A stretch of DNA of 45,844 nt. Source: Notodromas monacha. Taxonomy: Eukaryota. Below, piece by piece: positions 14,880 through 27,222 of the stretch. Under the pieces are notes generated by a model. The model did no database searches, was not told where the DNA came from, and saw only the letters and a list, made by a program, of their open reading frames with translations. Within the stretch, counting starts at the first letter, position 1. Every line of letters begins with the position of its first letter. The position numbers were made by a program, and so were the translations under genes. The DNA lies in NCBI GenBank assembly GCA_905338405.1, contig CAJPEX010000070.1, forward strand, positions 130,645 to 176,488. The letters are read 5' to 3'.

Positions 14880-15090
14880 TGTATAAAAACCTCTCTTAAC
14901 TCGAAGAATTCCTCCTCCAACCTCCATAAATATAATTTGTGGATGCCTTTTGGGTTGTATTCTGGTTATTCAGGATATTATAAACACACAAAAAATTTAA
15001 CTTGATGCCGTTCAAAAATAAAAGACTGAAAGCAAACCCCCATTAGAACCGCCTCCGAGTTCTGCATCCTTTCAAACTCATTTATTCTGC
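14880..15090. repeat. Second copy of the dispersed repeat family seen at 6690 and 42000.
   Basis: See the 6690-6880 feature. It also shares aaaaaatttaacttgatgccgttcaaaaataaaag with 42111 aaaaaaatttaacttcatgtgttttaaaagg. Confidence 0.55.
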
Positions 15091-16480
15091 AGTTTAAGAC
15101 CCAAATGATGAAACATTTTGGTTCCCTGCGATTCTTTTGATTGATATTCAGCAAAAACAAAGCTATTTCTCTAGCTGGTAACCTCTCTGAGCTGAATTAT
15201 TTCCTGGTTTCTTGGTGTTCGACTTGAGAGTCTCGGCCGTAGTTTGAAGGAATGGAATATACGTTTGTGGGCATCAAAACAGTCTTTTTGCCCTTGGGAT
15301 CCAATGAAAACGTATAAATGGGGTTGTGTCAAAATTTCTTGCATGCAAAGCCTTCCATATTGGGAAAACATATTGGGAGGATATGCATTTTCATTATTTA
15401 ATTGGATTCGTAATTTTGATGAACAAAGAGGTACAATATGCAACAGTATGAGAAAGGATTTTTGGAAACGTTCAGTTAGACACGTTTTCCAAGTATGATG
15501 ATTGCAGGTTGATTTAAAAGTGCGAATTGCCTGTAACCCGACCGATTAACTAATTTCCCCGGCGAAAATTCGACCGCCTAATAGAGTTTGAAAACCAACC
15601 TATCATCCTAGTCTTATTCAACTTGTGATGTGTACAAGGGAAAGTCTTGTATTCCTGACATTGTTCTGAGATATAAACCATGGAATGCGATGTTCAATAT
15701 CACACGCTGGATTGAAACCACGACCATTAGGACTGTGGAGCCCATTTTAAAATAAATTCACGTGGCGGAGCTCTTGATTTTTTGGCCCAGCCTCTTGCAA
15801 CTTCTCAGTGTTTTAAATTATTACCTTGAGCTTCAGCAAATGAACATACGCTTCTGCCCTTCATACTGCATTTCGGACCTGTAGGTTTGTCTTGCAAAAA
15901 ATTAATCTTTTGGAGCAGCCGCGAAGCACAGGTTGAGATCCTCTGAACAAAGAATTTGAATCATTGTTTGAGGATAATGAAGTCGAAGTTAGCAAATAAG
16001 TGTATTCGTGGATTCCATTTGCGAACGTGTATTTCAGGAAGATTAGATAGCTCCGCTTGTGGATCTAGTAAAATTCACCATTGTATTGAGACACTTACAT
16101 TCCGAGATAAGCTAAGCCTGAGGATGTATCGTATTTCTTTGATCAACCTATGCATGAATTTCTTCCTGCGTGTTCATGGGGGAATTTCTGAGTCTTGAAA
16201 AAAAAAAACCGTGAGTTTCATTTCTTTATTCTCCGTTGCTTAGAAATTTTCCAGAAGACGCAAACGTAAACGTGGCACTTCTCACAAGGACCTCTTTCTG
16301 TTGGCGATGTTTCGATAATCCTACGTTATTCGCGTATTGATCCGCTGCCTTAGCAACCCGAGCAAGAAACAATTCCGCCGCGTTTCTCCGGAACGTGTCG
16401 GTGTTCTGAGCGATAGCTGTGTCACACACCAGCGTTGCATCGTGAAGCTTGGGTCTGTTTAGCTTTTGAAGTGTGATAAA

Positions 16481-19400
16481 ATGGCTCAAAAAGTTGTGAG
16501 TAAACCGTGGGGTCAGCAAGGCCATGCCGGCGTTAGTTTCGAAGGAAGCCAGGAAAATCTGTACCGAGTTGGTCCTCATCAGTACCTACATGTCCTGGAT
16601 TTGACCACGAATGTTACGAGGCTTGAAACTGGACCACAGACTTACATGCGGAAAGACAATGAGAGGTCAGTTGTTGGTGGTTGATTTGTGGCGTCTTGAG
16701 TCGTTTTTTAATGACGTGTAACTTCAGGATTGTTCTGGGACCATGTCAGATGATCATTGTTCCTCCGAGACATTTCTGTATCATTGAAAATCCCGCGCAG
16801 AGGGGAGAAGAAAACCACGTCTTATTAGATTCGTGGGGTCAAGCCAAATTGCAACATGCCGAATTGGAGGTGAGTCACAGTTCACTAGATGATTCGTTTG
16901 CTTATTAAATCAAGGTTATTTTTAGCTATGATCAAACTTTTCCGAAGCCCTTCACAGATGTTTCTGTTAACACAGAGGAGTTCAAGTTTCGTGTAAAACC
17001 GCAGTCACGCGAATAGAAGCACCTCTTAAATATAAGAACCCCCTGCCCCTATATGTTTCATACACAAAATAAGAATTCCATTATTATTCGAATGTAAGCT
17101 TCTACTTATTTTCCCGACTTTTTTACTTTTCAGGAACCTAAAATTTCTGCCTAAATTTCGGTTTCCCCAGAACAGGAAAAACGGTGTCACACAACCCTTG
17201 CTCTTCCCTTTCAGTCGATGACTCTTGCACCTTGATCGTGCTTGCTGTAAAAGCTGACCATTTGTTGTATTTTCAACTTCAATTTCAAAATAACTTGAGA
17301 AAAGGAATGCTCGATCTTTTTCGTGGCCCGAAAACAAGATTTCCTGATACTGTACACTTGTAGACGCATAATTTTTCAAATTTCGTATATGTGCGAATGT
17401 AAGCACCACCGTATTTTTTGAGCTTTTATAAATGGTACTTTTATTCGCGTAAATCTTTTGAATCAGTTTTTTGAAATGGTATGCGATGAATATGCTGTAA
17501 CTGACTTTTCCCCCGTTCAATCTGCGTATACAGTATCGTGTCGGATTGTATGTATTCGCCTTTTAGAATGGTTGAGCAGCAGGTCGACTTCAGTTTTTCG
17601 GTTTTTACTGGTGAAATGTGCACACTCTCAGTCATACAAGCAAACATTTTCACTTGACCCTCGTGGCAATTATCAAGAAATAGTTCGAAATTGAAACTGC
17701 TGAGACGTTTTAAGAATCAGGAATACTGTAAATCAGATCTAGCCCTAGTCCAGATGAGGTTCAGCTTCATGATTCAAGCACCATTCCACCGTAACACTTT
17801 ATGTATGAAATAACGTAATTTTTTTCTGTATACTGAAATGATTCAGAAATTCGTGTAAACCTGCTTGGGATCTCGGTGGGCGATTTATTTTCAACCGATT
17901 TTTGGTCTTTTAGAGTAAGTCCAATAAAGTGTTGTTTGTCCTAGATACGCTTGGAGCAAGACCCGTTTCCGTTGTACCCCGGAGAAATACTTTCCCTCAA
18001 AGTTACCCCCTTGACAGTGGTTGTGAAAGGTTCCGCCCTGAAACTCAGAGCCACAAGGGATTTTTTGGACGGTGGCGTTACGAGGATTGCCGGAGAGATG
18101 TGGCTGTTTGAAGGCCCTGGCGAGTTTACTTTGTAAATACAGTATCTGAGGGCTTTCTCTGAAATAACTGAATTTTTTTCAGGTACTTACATACCGCAAA
18201 AAGAAGTTGAAGTTGTGGAGGAAATCCAGGCGAAGGTCATAAAGGCCAATGAAGCATTGAAACTCCGTGCACTCATGGAGACCCGAGACCGAGATGGGAA
18301 CGTTAGGGTTGCTGGAGAAGAATGGTTGGTAAAAAGGGTTGGAGCTTATTTGCCTGGTGTTCACGAGGAGGTGGTCGCTGTTGTCACGGCCTGGGTCCTT
18401 ACTGAAACTGTAAGTTCATGTCCAGGGTACTGCGAACACGAGAAATTGTCTACAAATTCATTACAGAAAGCTATTCGCATAAAAGCAACGAGAACGTTTG
18501 TGGATCAGTTCAACAAGACGAGGAAAAACGGCGATGAATGGCTGGTGACACATTTGGACACGGAGACGTATATTCCTGGAGTTTACGAAGAAGTCAAAGG
18601 AGAAGTGGAAATAACTGTGCTCAGTAATCGTCAATACTGTGTTATTCTGAACCCTGTGGATGAAACGACTGGGAAGGTTCTGTGGGGACAAAAAAGGCTC
18701 ATGAAGGTTGGTTGAATAATCTCTTGATCTCCTGAATGAATCCTCGAGAGTTCCTTTTGAAGGGTGAGAAATCATTCTTCTTGAGTCCCGAAGAACAACT
18801 GGAGCATGGGATCCAACATGTTCACGTCTTGGGCGAAGACCAAGGATTGATTCTAAGAGCTAATGAACTCTTCAGAGAGACTATCAAAGATCCAGATACA
18901 GGTGCAGAGAAAGTAATCGAACGTAAGCCTGGTGACAGATGGATGATCAGGGGGCCTTTGGAATACGTCCCACCTGTGGAAGTTGAAGTGGTTTCCAAAA
19001 CGGAGACGATTCCTTTGGACGAGAATGAGGGCATCTATGTCAGGGATATCAGAACAGGCAAAGTAAGCGTTTTCTTTACCTTGAGTGATCATAATTTTGT
19101 AGGATATGTTGGTACTGTGTTAGGTGAGAGCTGTTGTTGGGCATACCTACTTATTGAACCAAAATGAGGAGCTTTGGAAGAAAGAATTGCCAGATGCTGT
19201 AGAAAAATTGCTTAGTCAGGGCAGAGACCCGCTTGCTGACAGGGGCACGAGAGGATCCGACAAAAGGTGACATTGCAATTGGAAATTATTTGCGAATGCC
19301 GTTTGCATTTCCAAGTACAATATTTTTCAGTGATTGTCAAGCGCCTCCGAGGGACAAAACAAGAGTCGTTTCATTTCGGGTCCCACACAATGCAGCTGTG

Positions 19401-22250
19401 CAGATTTACGACTATAAAGAGAAGAAAGCCAGGTAACCATCATTTTTTTCATGCAAATTTGTACGGTGAAATCTTGTTACAAAAAACTATGTATCAGATC
19501 TCCGAATAATCAATTGAATCTTGCTTATCTAGAATTCTCATTTTATTTTTTGAAAAAACAGTGATCTTCTGGAAGAAAAATTAGCTTCACTTCTGCATTT
19601 CATTAGTTCTAGAAGATCTCTTCATTCTTTTCATCCTGGGAAGATGATGGGTGGAACCACTTGTAAGCATGTTTCTCATTGATTATAGCTTCCATCCATG
19701 CTGCAAGAACCAGTCAATCACATTTGGGATCAGAAATTTCATTATGTGCCCGCTTTAGTCAGGAAATTTATACCTGGAGAATCTATTCAACATTCCTCAA
19801 AAAAATTTATTTTGAAATGGGAAGTGGGAAGTTTGGTCTAATGAGATTTTCTTAGCATGTACACTGCATGGACTTCTACTGGGACTTGAGAAAAAGTTTG
19901 CTATACTATGCCAACAAATTTGTAGTAGCGGTATTTAATTTAACAAGATTCTACTGGAGTATGGTGCATTATCAAGAGACGTGCTTTCGCAGGGTGATCT
20001 TTGGTCCGGATTTGGTCCTACTCGGCCCAGATGAGCAGTTCACTCAGTTGTCCTTGTCTGGTGGGAAACCGAAAAGACCAAACCAGATCAGAAGCTTGGC
20101 GTTGTTGTTGGGACCAGACTTCTGTGCTGACGTGATTGTTGTGGAAACTGCCGACCATGCGAGACTCAGTCTTTCTCTCGCTTACAACTGGCACTTCGAC
20201 ACAAGTGACAGGTCTGCGAAAGGTGCCGAAAAACTATTCTCTGTCCCTGATTTCGTCGGGGACACGTGTAAAACCATTGCATCTAGGGTCAGAGGAGCCG
20301 TGGCTGGTGTCAACTTTGACAACTTCCACAAGGTAAGATCCGTTGTAATTGTCCTGCTTATTTTCAGTGAATCCCATTCAAGTTTTTTTCCAGAATTCAG
20401 CGCAAGTCATTCGAGAAGCTGTATTCGGCTCAGACGAAACTACGAAGAAGATAAAAGACAAGCTAATTTTCCCTCAGACCGGCCTCACAGTCACCAGTGT
20501 GGACATCCAAAGCGTTGAACCAGTTGATCAAAGAACCAGGGATTCATTACAAAAGTCGGTTCAGCTTGCTATAGAGATCACCACCAACTCTCAGGAAGCT
20601 GCTGCTCGACATGAAGCGGAACGGCTTGAACAGGAAGCGAAAGGGAAGTTGGAAAGACAGAGGATCGTTGATGAAGCCGAGGCGGAGAAGAAAAACAAAG
20701 AGCTTCTGGAGTTGAAGGTTATGAATCATCTTGTTATGGATTGTGCTTATTTCAACCTTTTTGAGGACCAAACTCGAGTGATTGTTCAACTATGTCTTAT
20801 ACCTTAATTCTGTGCAGCTCATGCGTTATTGTAAGAACCCTCCCAAGATTTACGAAATTTTAGAATGACCGCAACTTTAGCGCTCATGAATGTCTCTATG
20901 CTGTCCTGCTCTGGTTGTGAAGAACATTAGCTAGACTGCTGTGAAATGCCGATTTCTGTTCCCATGAACAATATGACATTTCATTTTGCTCTGTGGCTAC
21001 TCCAGGAAAAAATTGACTCAAATCTATGGTCACGTATTAGACTCAACGGAGACGTCTCATGCTCAAAAAAGAGAACTACTCCGTTACCCGAAGAAAAAAT
21101 TGTCCCACTTTGAAACCATTTGTTTTTGACCCCATAGCATGTGCCTCAGGAGGTCCGTCATATGAATAATGAAAGGCCCCGTGAGTCTAAAATAGTCAAA
21201 CCTCTTGACATTCAACTTCGAGGGATTATGAAAAAATTCGAGTTTCGGGAACAAGCATTTTTGTTGGGGGGAAAAGAAGAAGAATTACAGGAAAATGTAA
21301 TTGATGATATTCTGGGCCTTAAATTGCTTCTTGAAATACAGTAGTTGATGGGATGTTGAAGTTGGAGGTAAGGGTTCATCTGCCCAACTAATCTTCCACT
21401 TCTTTTCAAAATGTTCATCAGGTTACATTTTTATTGTCTTTCTCTTTCCTGTGCCGATAAAAAAATAGCAAAAAACCTCCAGAAAATTCGTGATATCCAT
21501 GGGAAGCTTGCGACTTATGGAGGTTTTCAATGCATTGCAATGCTGAGGTAATTTAGAAAGGGACTTCAAAAATTCGACATAATTAGGCATTCCACTTAGG
21601 GAGGTTTCGGTTGTCAAGGTTCAACTGTTTTGGGAATCGCTGTCTCGGGAATTTGATTGCTTTGCTCAATCCAACGTGATCTGGCAAATTAAATTCACAG
21701 GCTGCGTCAGCTGCTGTCGAATCCTGTGGCCAGGCGACAGCGGAAGCCAGAAGCCAAGCTGAAGCTGCCAGGATCCAAAGATCCGCAGAAGTCGAGCAAG
21801 CCAGACTGCGGGCTGAAGCTGGTAGCATTGACCTGGAGGCAGAGCTGGAGAAAATGAATAAAGCCAGGCGTTCGGAGTTGGATTACATTAAGGAGAAGAA
21901 CACTTTGGAGCTTGCTAGAACGAGAGATCTGGCACAAATCGAAGTTGCTAAATTCAAGGAGATGGTAGATGCGATTGGGGCGTCCAACCTGACTGTCATG
22001 GCCTCAGCTGGGCCAGACCATCAAGTAAAGCCATTGTCACGTACAGTACTGTTTTTTTTGTCCAGTGAACTAATCATCTTTCATTTGTCTGCGAAAGGTA
22101 AGAATGCTGGAGGCATTGGGGCTAAAAGCTACCTTGATAACTGATGGAAGAACTCCAATCAACCTTCTCTCAACTGCACAAGGACTGTTGGGAGGATTCA
22201 ATTCGGACTCTGAGCCGCAAGCCAAACGAAGCAGGGAATTTGCGACTTAA
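16481..22250 (+). CDS. MVP: Major vault protein (MVP), complete multi-exon gene. Coding exons: 16481-16665, 16728-16869, 17945-18119, 18183-18409, 18467-18706, 18763-19062, 19124-19266, 19331-19432, 19993-20332, 20394-20717, 21701-22024, 22098-22250 (stop TAA 22248-22250). About 884 aa.
   Basis: Each exon translation aligns colinearly with human MVP as recalled from memory. Examples: [18 protein letters not shown]|[23 protein letters not shown]; [14 protein letters not shown]...WLFEGPG|[15 protein letters not shown]; [33 protein letters not shown]; [18 protein letters not shown]...[18 protein letters not shown]; [25 protein letters not shown]; [29 protein letters not shown]...[33 protein letters not shown]...[34 protein letters not shown]; [66 protein letters not shown]; C-terminal [26 protein letters not shown]. 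All exon phases are consistent across the junctions. Introns are 56-63 nt except two long ones, 16870-17944 and 20718-21700. Intron 3 (18120-18182) uses a GC donor, G|GCGAGT. Confidence 0.9.
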
Positions 22251-23206
22251 TTTGTAATCGGTGACTATATACTGTATTCAGATTTATTATTCAAGCTTTA
22301 AAACAGAATTTATTCACGTCAATCACTAGACCGTGGCTTTCAAATATTGTGCGTACAGGAACACCTAACTGTGATCAGTTGTGCCTCTTTACCTCTATAG
22401 TTTCAAAAACTGGAAAGAATTTATTGTTACATCTTGATTGATTTGGTGCTGATACTGTGCTTACTGTACCTTGGTTATTTGTGGAAGTGCACTTCTTGTG
22501 AGTTATTTTGAATTTCGTCTTCAGTGATCGTTCGAGTGCTAGATGGGATTCTGTGAAGCAGAGAAATGAATTATTCTCAAACCATGTGCCGTATATCATT
22601 TCTTCACTTCAATTATCGAGTATTGGACTGTTGTGCGATGTACAGTAATTTTGTTCATAATATGACCGATTCCTGCACATGATGATTTATCCGGTTTATT
22701 TCTAATTTTCGTCGGAACGTACACTCATCTCTGCCTTAGTTTTGCGTGACAAAATGAAATTTGAGTTCTGGTAAATTTTGAGTTGTAACGGGTACTCTCG
22801 CTGTAACTAAATAATCAACACCAATTCACCCGAGATTCACGTGTACTGTATAGTCACGTACGGTCCGGTACGCTTCGTAACATGCATAATGCAGTACTGT
22901 ATTGAAGGAAAAGCAGAAGGTTTGATGGGTAGAGGGCAGCAGCAATGCATGGCGGCTCCCTAACGATGTTGAGGTTTCACACCACCGAAGTCCCCAAGCT
23001 AGGTTGTTAGCGGTGACCAGACATTATGGTACACTTTCAAACTCAACGCAACTCATTTCCACGCTGCCCCTCCAGAGGGCTATTCCCTACCACTCCATCC
23101 CTCAACACCAAAAATGAGTGACTTCATGAACTGCGCATGCTTGCAGATACGAATTACATGTTGAAGAATTGTGTAGGAGTAGGAAGATAACGTAATATTC
23201 AATACA

Positions 23207-23722
23207 GTACTTTCCTGTTATCTCTGTACCTCATTCCTAGACTGCACTACCATCCAGACAAATCTTTAGGACAAGTTCATAATCACAAGAACCTACCAGA
23301 AACTGTGAATTTTATTTTCTGCATTCTGCTGAAACTGATCAGGTTATGTTAGTTACAAATATATTTTAATTAACATAACCTGACCTAACCTAACTTTACC
23401 TAACTGCCTCCTAAATATCAAATATCTTTAATTAACATAACCTGACCTAACCTAACTTTACCTAACCACCTCCCAAGTATCAAATATCTTTTAATTAACA
23501 TAACCTGACCTAAACTAACTTTACCTAACCACCTCCCAAATATCTTTTAATTAACATAACCTGACCTAACCTAACTTTACCTAACCGCCTCCCAAAATCA
23601 GTTTCAGCAGAATGCAGAAAAATCAAATTCACATCTGTTGTGTATATGAATTTGTCATAAAGATTTGTCTGGATGGTATAGTATGGTCTAGAAATGAGGT
23701 ACAGAGATAACAGGAAAGTACC
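23207..23722. mobile_element. Foldback / MITE-like non-autonomous element. Imperfect inverted arms of ~130 bp flank a central tandem array of about 4.2 copies of a ~60-bp unit.
   Basis: The left arm gtactttcctgttatctctgtacctcattcctagac...catccagacaaatcttt...ctgtgaattttattttctgcattctgctgaaactgat is the reverse complement of the right arm atcagtttcagcagaatgcagaaaaatcaaattcaca...aaagatttgtctggatg...gtctagaaatgaggtacagagataacaggaaagtac. The central unit (23340-23590) is ttaattaacataacctgacctaacctaactttacctaacNgcctcccaaatatcaaatatct. Each unit contains (CCTAA)2, i.e. TTAGG-type telomere-like dimers. Confidence 0.7.
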
Positions 23723-23799
23723 ATATATTTTATTTATTTAAAAAAGGTGTTTTTATATGTACACTATGTTATTTGTCCCTCAGAGTCTCTGTTTACATT

Positions 23800-24000
23800 T
23801 TACACTGCCAAAGCATTGCAGTTCAAGTCACTCAATGAGAGGCTGGCGCTCCTAGGGGTGGCGTGGAAGAGGTAGCGTTGAATGGACCTGCGTTGAGTGG
23901 AAGTTGTACCATAATGTCGTGTCACGGTGCTGGTGGCGTTGAAGAGTAGGCCCTGAATTGAGTTGCTCTTAGTAGAAGTTGTGCTGGAAGGGGGCATAAG
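23800..24000. repeat. Short GC-rich tandem duplication, about 2 copies of a ~60-bp unit.
   Basis: ggcgtggaagaggtagcgttgaatggacctgcgttgagtggaagttgtacc and ggtggcgttgaagagtaggccctgaattgagttgctcttagtagaagttgtgct. Confidence 0.4.
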
Positions 24001-24285
24001 GATGGATTTTGCAATTCTGCTGATCGCAGTGTAGTTCTAGAAACGTTAGCGTGATTTCAGAGCACAGTACAGTAATGCAGTTCCGTCATCCAATCGCGGA
24101 AGGAATTCTAAATTGTTCGAGTGATTGCGCGAATGCGCAGTTCCTGAGCGAAGGAAATCCCAATTTTATGTAAACGCGAATGCAGTGGATGGTTGGAATT
24201 GCAGCTTATTTCATTTATGTGTGAATTCTATACCGGTCTCGTGAAATGAAAAATTAAACCATCGCAGTGGTATTTCTATTTCGTG

Positions 24286-26741
24286 ATGGCTGCACTCGAG
24301 CATTTCGTTCATAACGTTCGGACACTCTCCAGCCAAGGTATCGTACAGATCGCGGTTTTTATCTTTCTGACATTCACGCAAGTTGAACATGATTTCAGGA
24401 AATCTCAAGCAACTGACGGAGTATCTCGGGAAGTCTGCAGATTTGCTCTCGAAACACCAGTTGCAGTTAGATAGCGTTCTTCAAACGCTGGATTTACAGC
24501 AGCATTCTCTGGGAATCCTGGCTATCCTGTTGGTGAAATTCAACAGTGTCGCCGTTACATCGGACGCCTTCGAACCCCTGTTCGTTCAGTTTCACGAGTT
24601 CATTCTTGGCTGCAACGGTGAACAGATCCGGTTTGCTGCAGACTCATGTAAGTGTAGAACTTCATGCGCTTTTGTTATAATTTTTTTAGGTGCAACCATT
24701 ACATCTTCTGCTCGTACTTTCATGGTATACTGTAGTTCGTATTATTTCTGAACCCCTTATTATTCAGTTGCAGAGCTATGTCACTTGTGCACTGAAGCTC
24801 TGACGGAACGAAGGAAGCCAGCGATGGGAATTCCTGCAATGAAGTCAGTGTGTTTTTCAAGCAATTGTTTTAGAGGATTAATTTTCATTTAATTTCAGGG
24901 AAGCGTTAATCAAGTTACAATCAAAAGAGTCGCAGTTGACTTCTATCCACTCTGATCTACTGAGGCTGTGTCTACTTGCGCGAAATTCCACTGCGCCGCT
25001 TCACTTACTGGAAATAGACATTGATGATATAAATCGTGAGGTATGAACACTGAAAACTTGTTCATAAAATTATTCGACCCACGCTCAATTAAAATATTTT
25101 ACAGAACGGCCAGATGGATCCAAAGTACGTTCTATTGTATTATTATTACGGAGGAATGATCTACGCAACCCGCAAGAACTGGGAAAATGCCCTTTTCATG
25201 CTGTCAATGTGCATAACAACGCCTGCCATGGCTGTTTCACACATAATGTTGGAGGCCTACAAGAAGCATATGCTCATATCTCTTATCCATATGAAAAAGA
25301 TTGTTCCGTTGCCGAAGTACACTTCAGGAGTGGTTAACCGTTTTTTCAAGCATCTTGCTCTTCCGTATCATGACCTCGCCACCGCATTTTCGCACAACGA
25401 CTCAATCGAATTTGAGCAAGTGATGGCCCGACATTCGGATGCTTTTGTGAGGTTTGTAGACATTTTCGTTTGAGTTTCAGAGTTACTGTATTAATTTCTG
25501 TTCACTTATGTTACTGGCTTTATTTTTTAAAACTTCGTTTTGTTTCCTGACGCGAAGTCGCTATCTTTTCGGACAAATTCGGCCGAGTTAAACGTTGTTG
25601 CAAATATTCAGTGTGGCATAGTACAGTATCGCGATCTTGGTGAAATCGTGAACTTCAAAAATGTTAAATCAGTAAATTTTAAGTAAGTTTCGGGTTTCTT
25701 TTTGTATTGTAACTAGATAATGCAGTATTCAAGCGAGTATTTTCGTCGCCGATTTCCGAACGTCGTCAGTGACAATTATTTCATTATTTGGTTTTAGCAA
25801 TTAATTTTTTGACTAACCATCACATTCCTTCTTCGGCTGATTTTTTTCTGTTCTCAATTTCAGATTAAAAAAAAATTCTATATCTCCCGGTTTGTGGATC
25901 ACGCTGCTAACCTTTTTTTCATGTAAATCTTCAATTTTGGTAAACAATCTATTTCAGGGATCAGAACATGGGATTGGTAAAGCAATGCCTGAGCTCTCTT
26001 CACCGAAAGAACATCCAAAGGTTGACAATGACGTTTATGACGCTATCATTGGAGGACATGGCGAATCGTGTAAAGCTTTCTGGTCCTCAGGAAGCTGAAC
26101 GATACGTGCTGGAAATGGTAAACACTTCCCCTGATAATTAAAGTACGATTCATGACGATAAAATCACTACTGTTGAGGAAGGATTGTTGAATTGCCACCT
26201 CGAACAGTAGTACAGTACTGTACTTTAAAAATGCAATGCATTTTCAGATAGAAGATGGTGATATATACGCAACAATTCACCCTGATGACGGCATGGTCGA
26301 ATTTCAAACAAATCCTGAAAATTACGAAAGCATGTCGGTGTTGGAGCAGCTTAAGGCAGCAGTGAGTTGCTTTGTATTTTCTTTCCCATTTATGTCGATG
26401 ACGAACATTTTTGCCTAGATTCGCCGCTTATCTTGAGCGCGGAATGAGAGTTAGCTGATAAGAGCTGATGCTGAGTTCAATTGTAAATTAGTTTTTAAAG
26501 CAATTTAGTTTCTGATCAGGCACATTTTTTGTTTTTACAGATGGAGGCGAGCATGCACTTGGAGAACAAAGTTCAAAAAATGAGCGATGAACTTTCTGTT
26601 AATCCCGAGTTCGTGAAGAAAATGTCGAGTTTGAGCCAGGAAGACGAAGGGACGTCTTGTGCGTCAGGTTCGTCGTCATCCACGTCCGTTCCGAATGCGC
26701 AACCAGCCAAAGCGTCGTCCGCTTTCGCTCCTCGACTCTAA
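24286..26741 (+). CDS. COPS3: COP9 signalosome complex subunit 3 (CSN3, PCI-domain protein), complete. Exons: 24286-24337, 24399-24647, 24768-24849, 24899-25040, 25105-25451, 25958-26117, 26248-26361, 26541-26741 (stop TAA). About 448 aa.
   Basis: Translation is colinear with human COPS3 as recalled from memory. Examples: [18 protein letters not shown] vs MASALEQFVNSVRQLSAQG; [13 protein letters not shown]...[12 protein letters not shown]; [25 protein letters not shown]; [17 protein letters not shown]; [53 protein letters not shown]...[12 protein letters not shown]; [51 protein letters not shown]; [26 protein letters not shown]; [19 protein letters not shown]. Splice phases check at every junction. 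Donors are GTATCG, GTAAGT, GTGTTT, GTATGA, GTTTGT, GTAAAC and GTGAGT. Acceptors are ...TTTCAG / ...TTACAG. Confidence 0.9.
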
Positions 26742-27222
26742 TTGATATTTTTTGGAAACGCCGATTTGTTTTTGTTAAAAAAAACCTTGTGTTCTGGGTC
26801 TATACAACTTTAATTCCTAGTTCGAGTGTAAGGATGAAATTGAAGTTGTAGGTGCAGTAAATTTTTATTTTATATTTGTTGATGAATGAATCGTGAGAGG
26901 CATTTGAGATGTTGTCAGTATTCAGCTTACAATCTTATGCGTCAAATATTTTGAAAACATCAATTAGAGCTTCGCGAACTTTGAGGGAATATTCCGGAGT
27001 GTTGTACCTTCAACTTTTATTTTACGATTGATTTTAAAGTTTAGAGACGGATTGATCGACAGTTTCCACTTATCTGATCATATCGATTATTCTATACTTC
27101 TGAAATGCCTCATTACGATGATCATTCAAGTTCCACACTGTGGTATTGTAATATCTGATGTAGTATCTCTTGAATGCTTACTATCAGTTAGTTATTATAG
27201 AATCTGAAGTGTGAAATGCGAC

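Noticed and set aside
16226-16579. 117-aa minus-strand ORF overlapping the MVP start
   Set aside because: It overlaps MVP exon 1 antisense and the MVP 5' region. It is more likely an ORF artefact than a divergent gene.
17026-17520. 164-aa minus-strand ORF inside MVP intron 2
   Set aside because: It is low-complexity and K/N/F-rich, typical of AT-rich intronic sequence. It has no splice-site support and no similarity to anything I recognise.
18461-19092. Minus-strand ORFs 18461-18775, 18822-19034 and 18853-19092 (70-104 aa)
   Set aside because: They lie antisense to MVP exons 5-6. They are shadows of the coding strand with no homology signal.
20547-21937. Minus-strand ORFs 20547-20789, 21583-21828 and 21707-21937
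   Set aside because: They are antisense to MVP exons 10 and 11. The low-complexity A/S-rich translations come from the GCN-rich coding strand.
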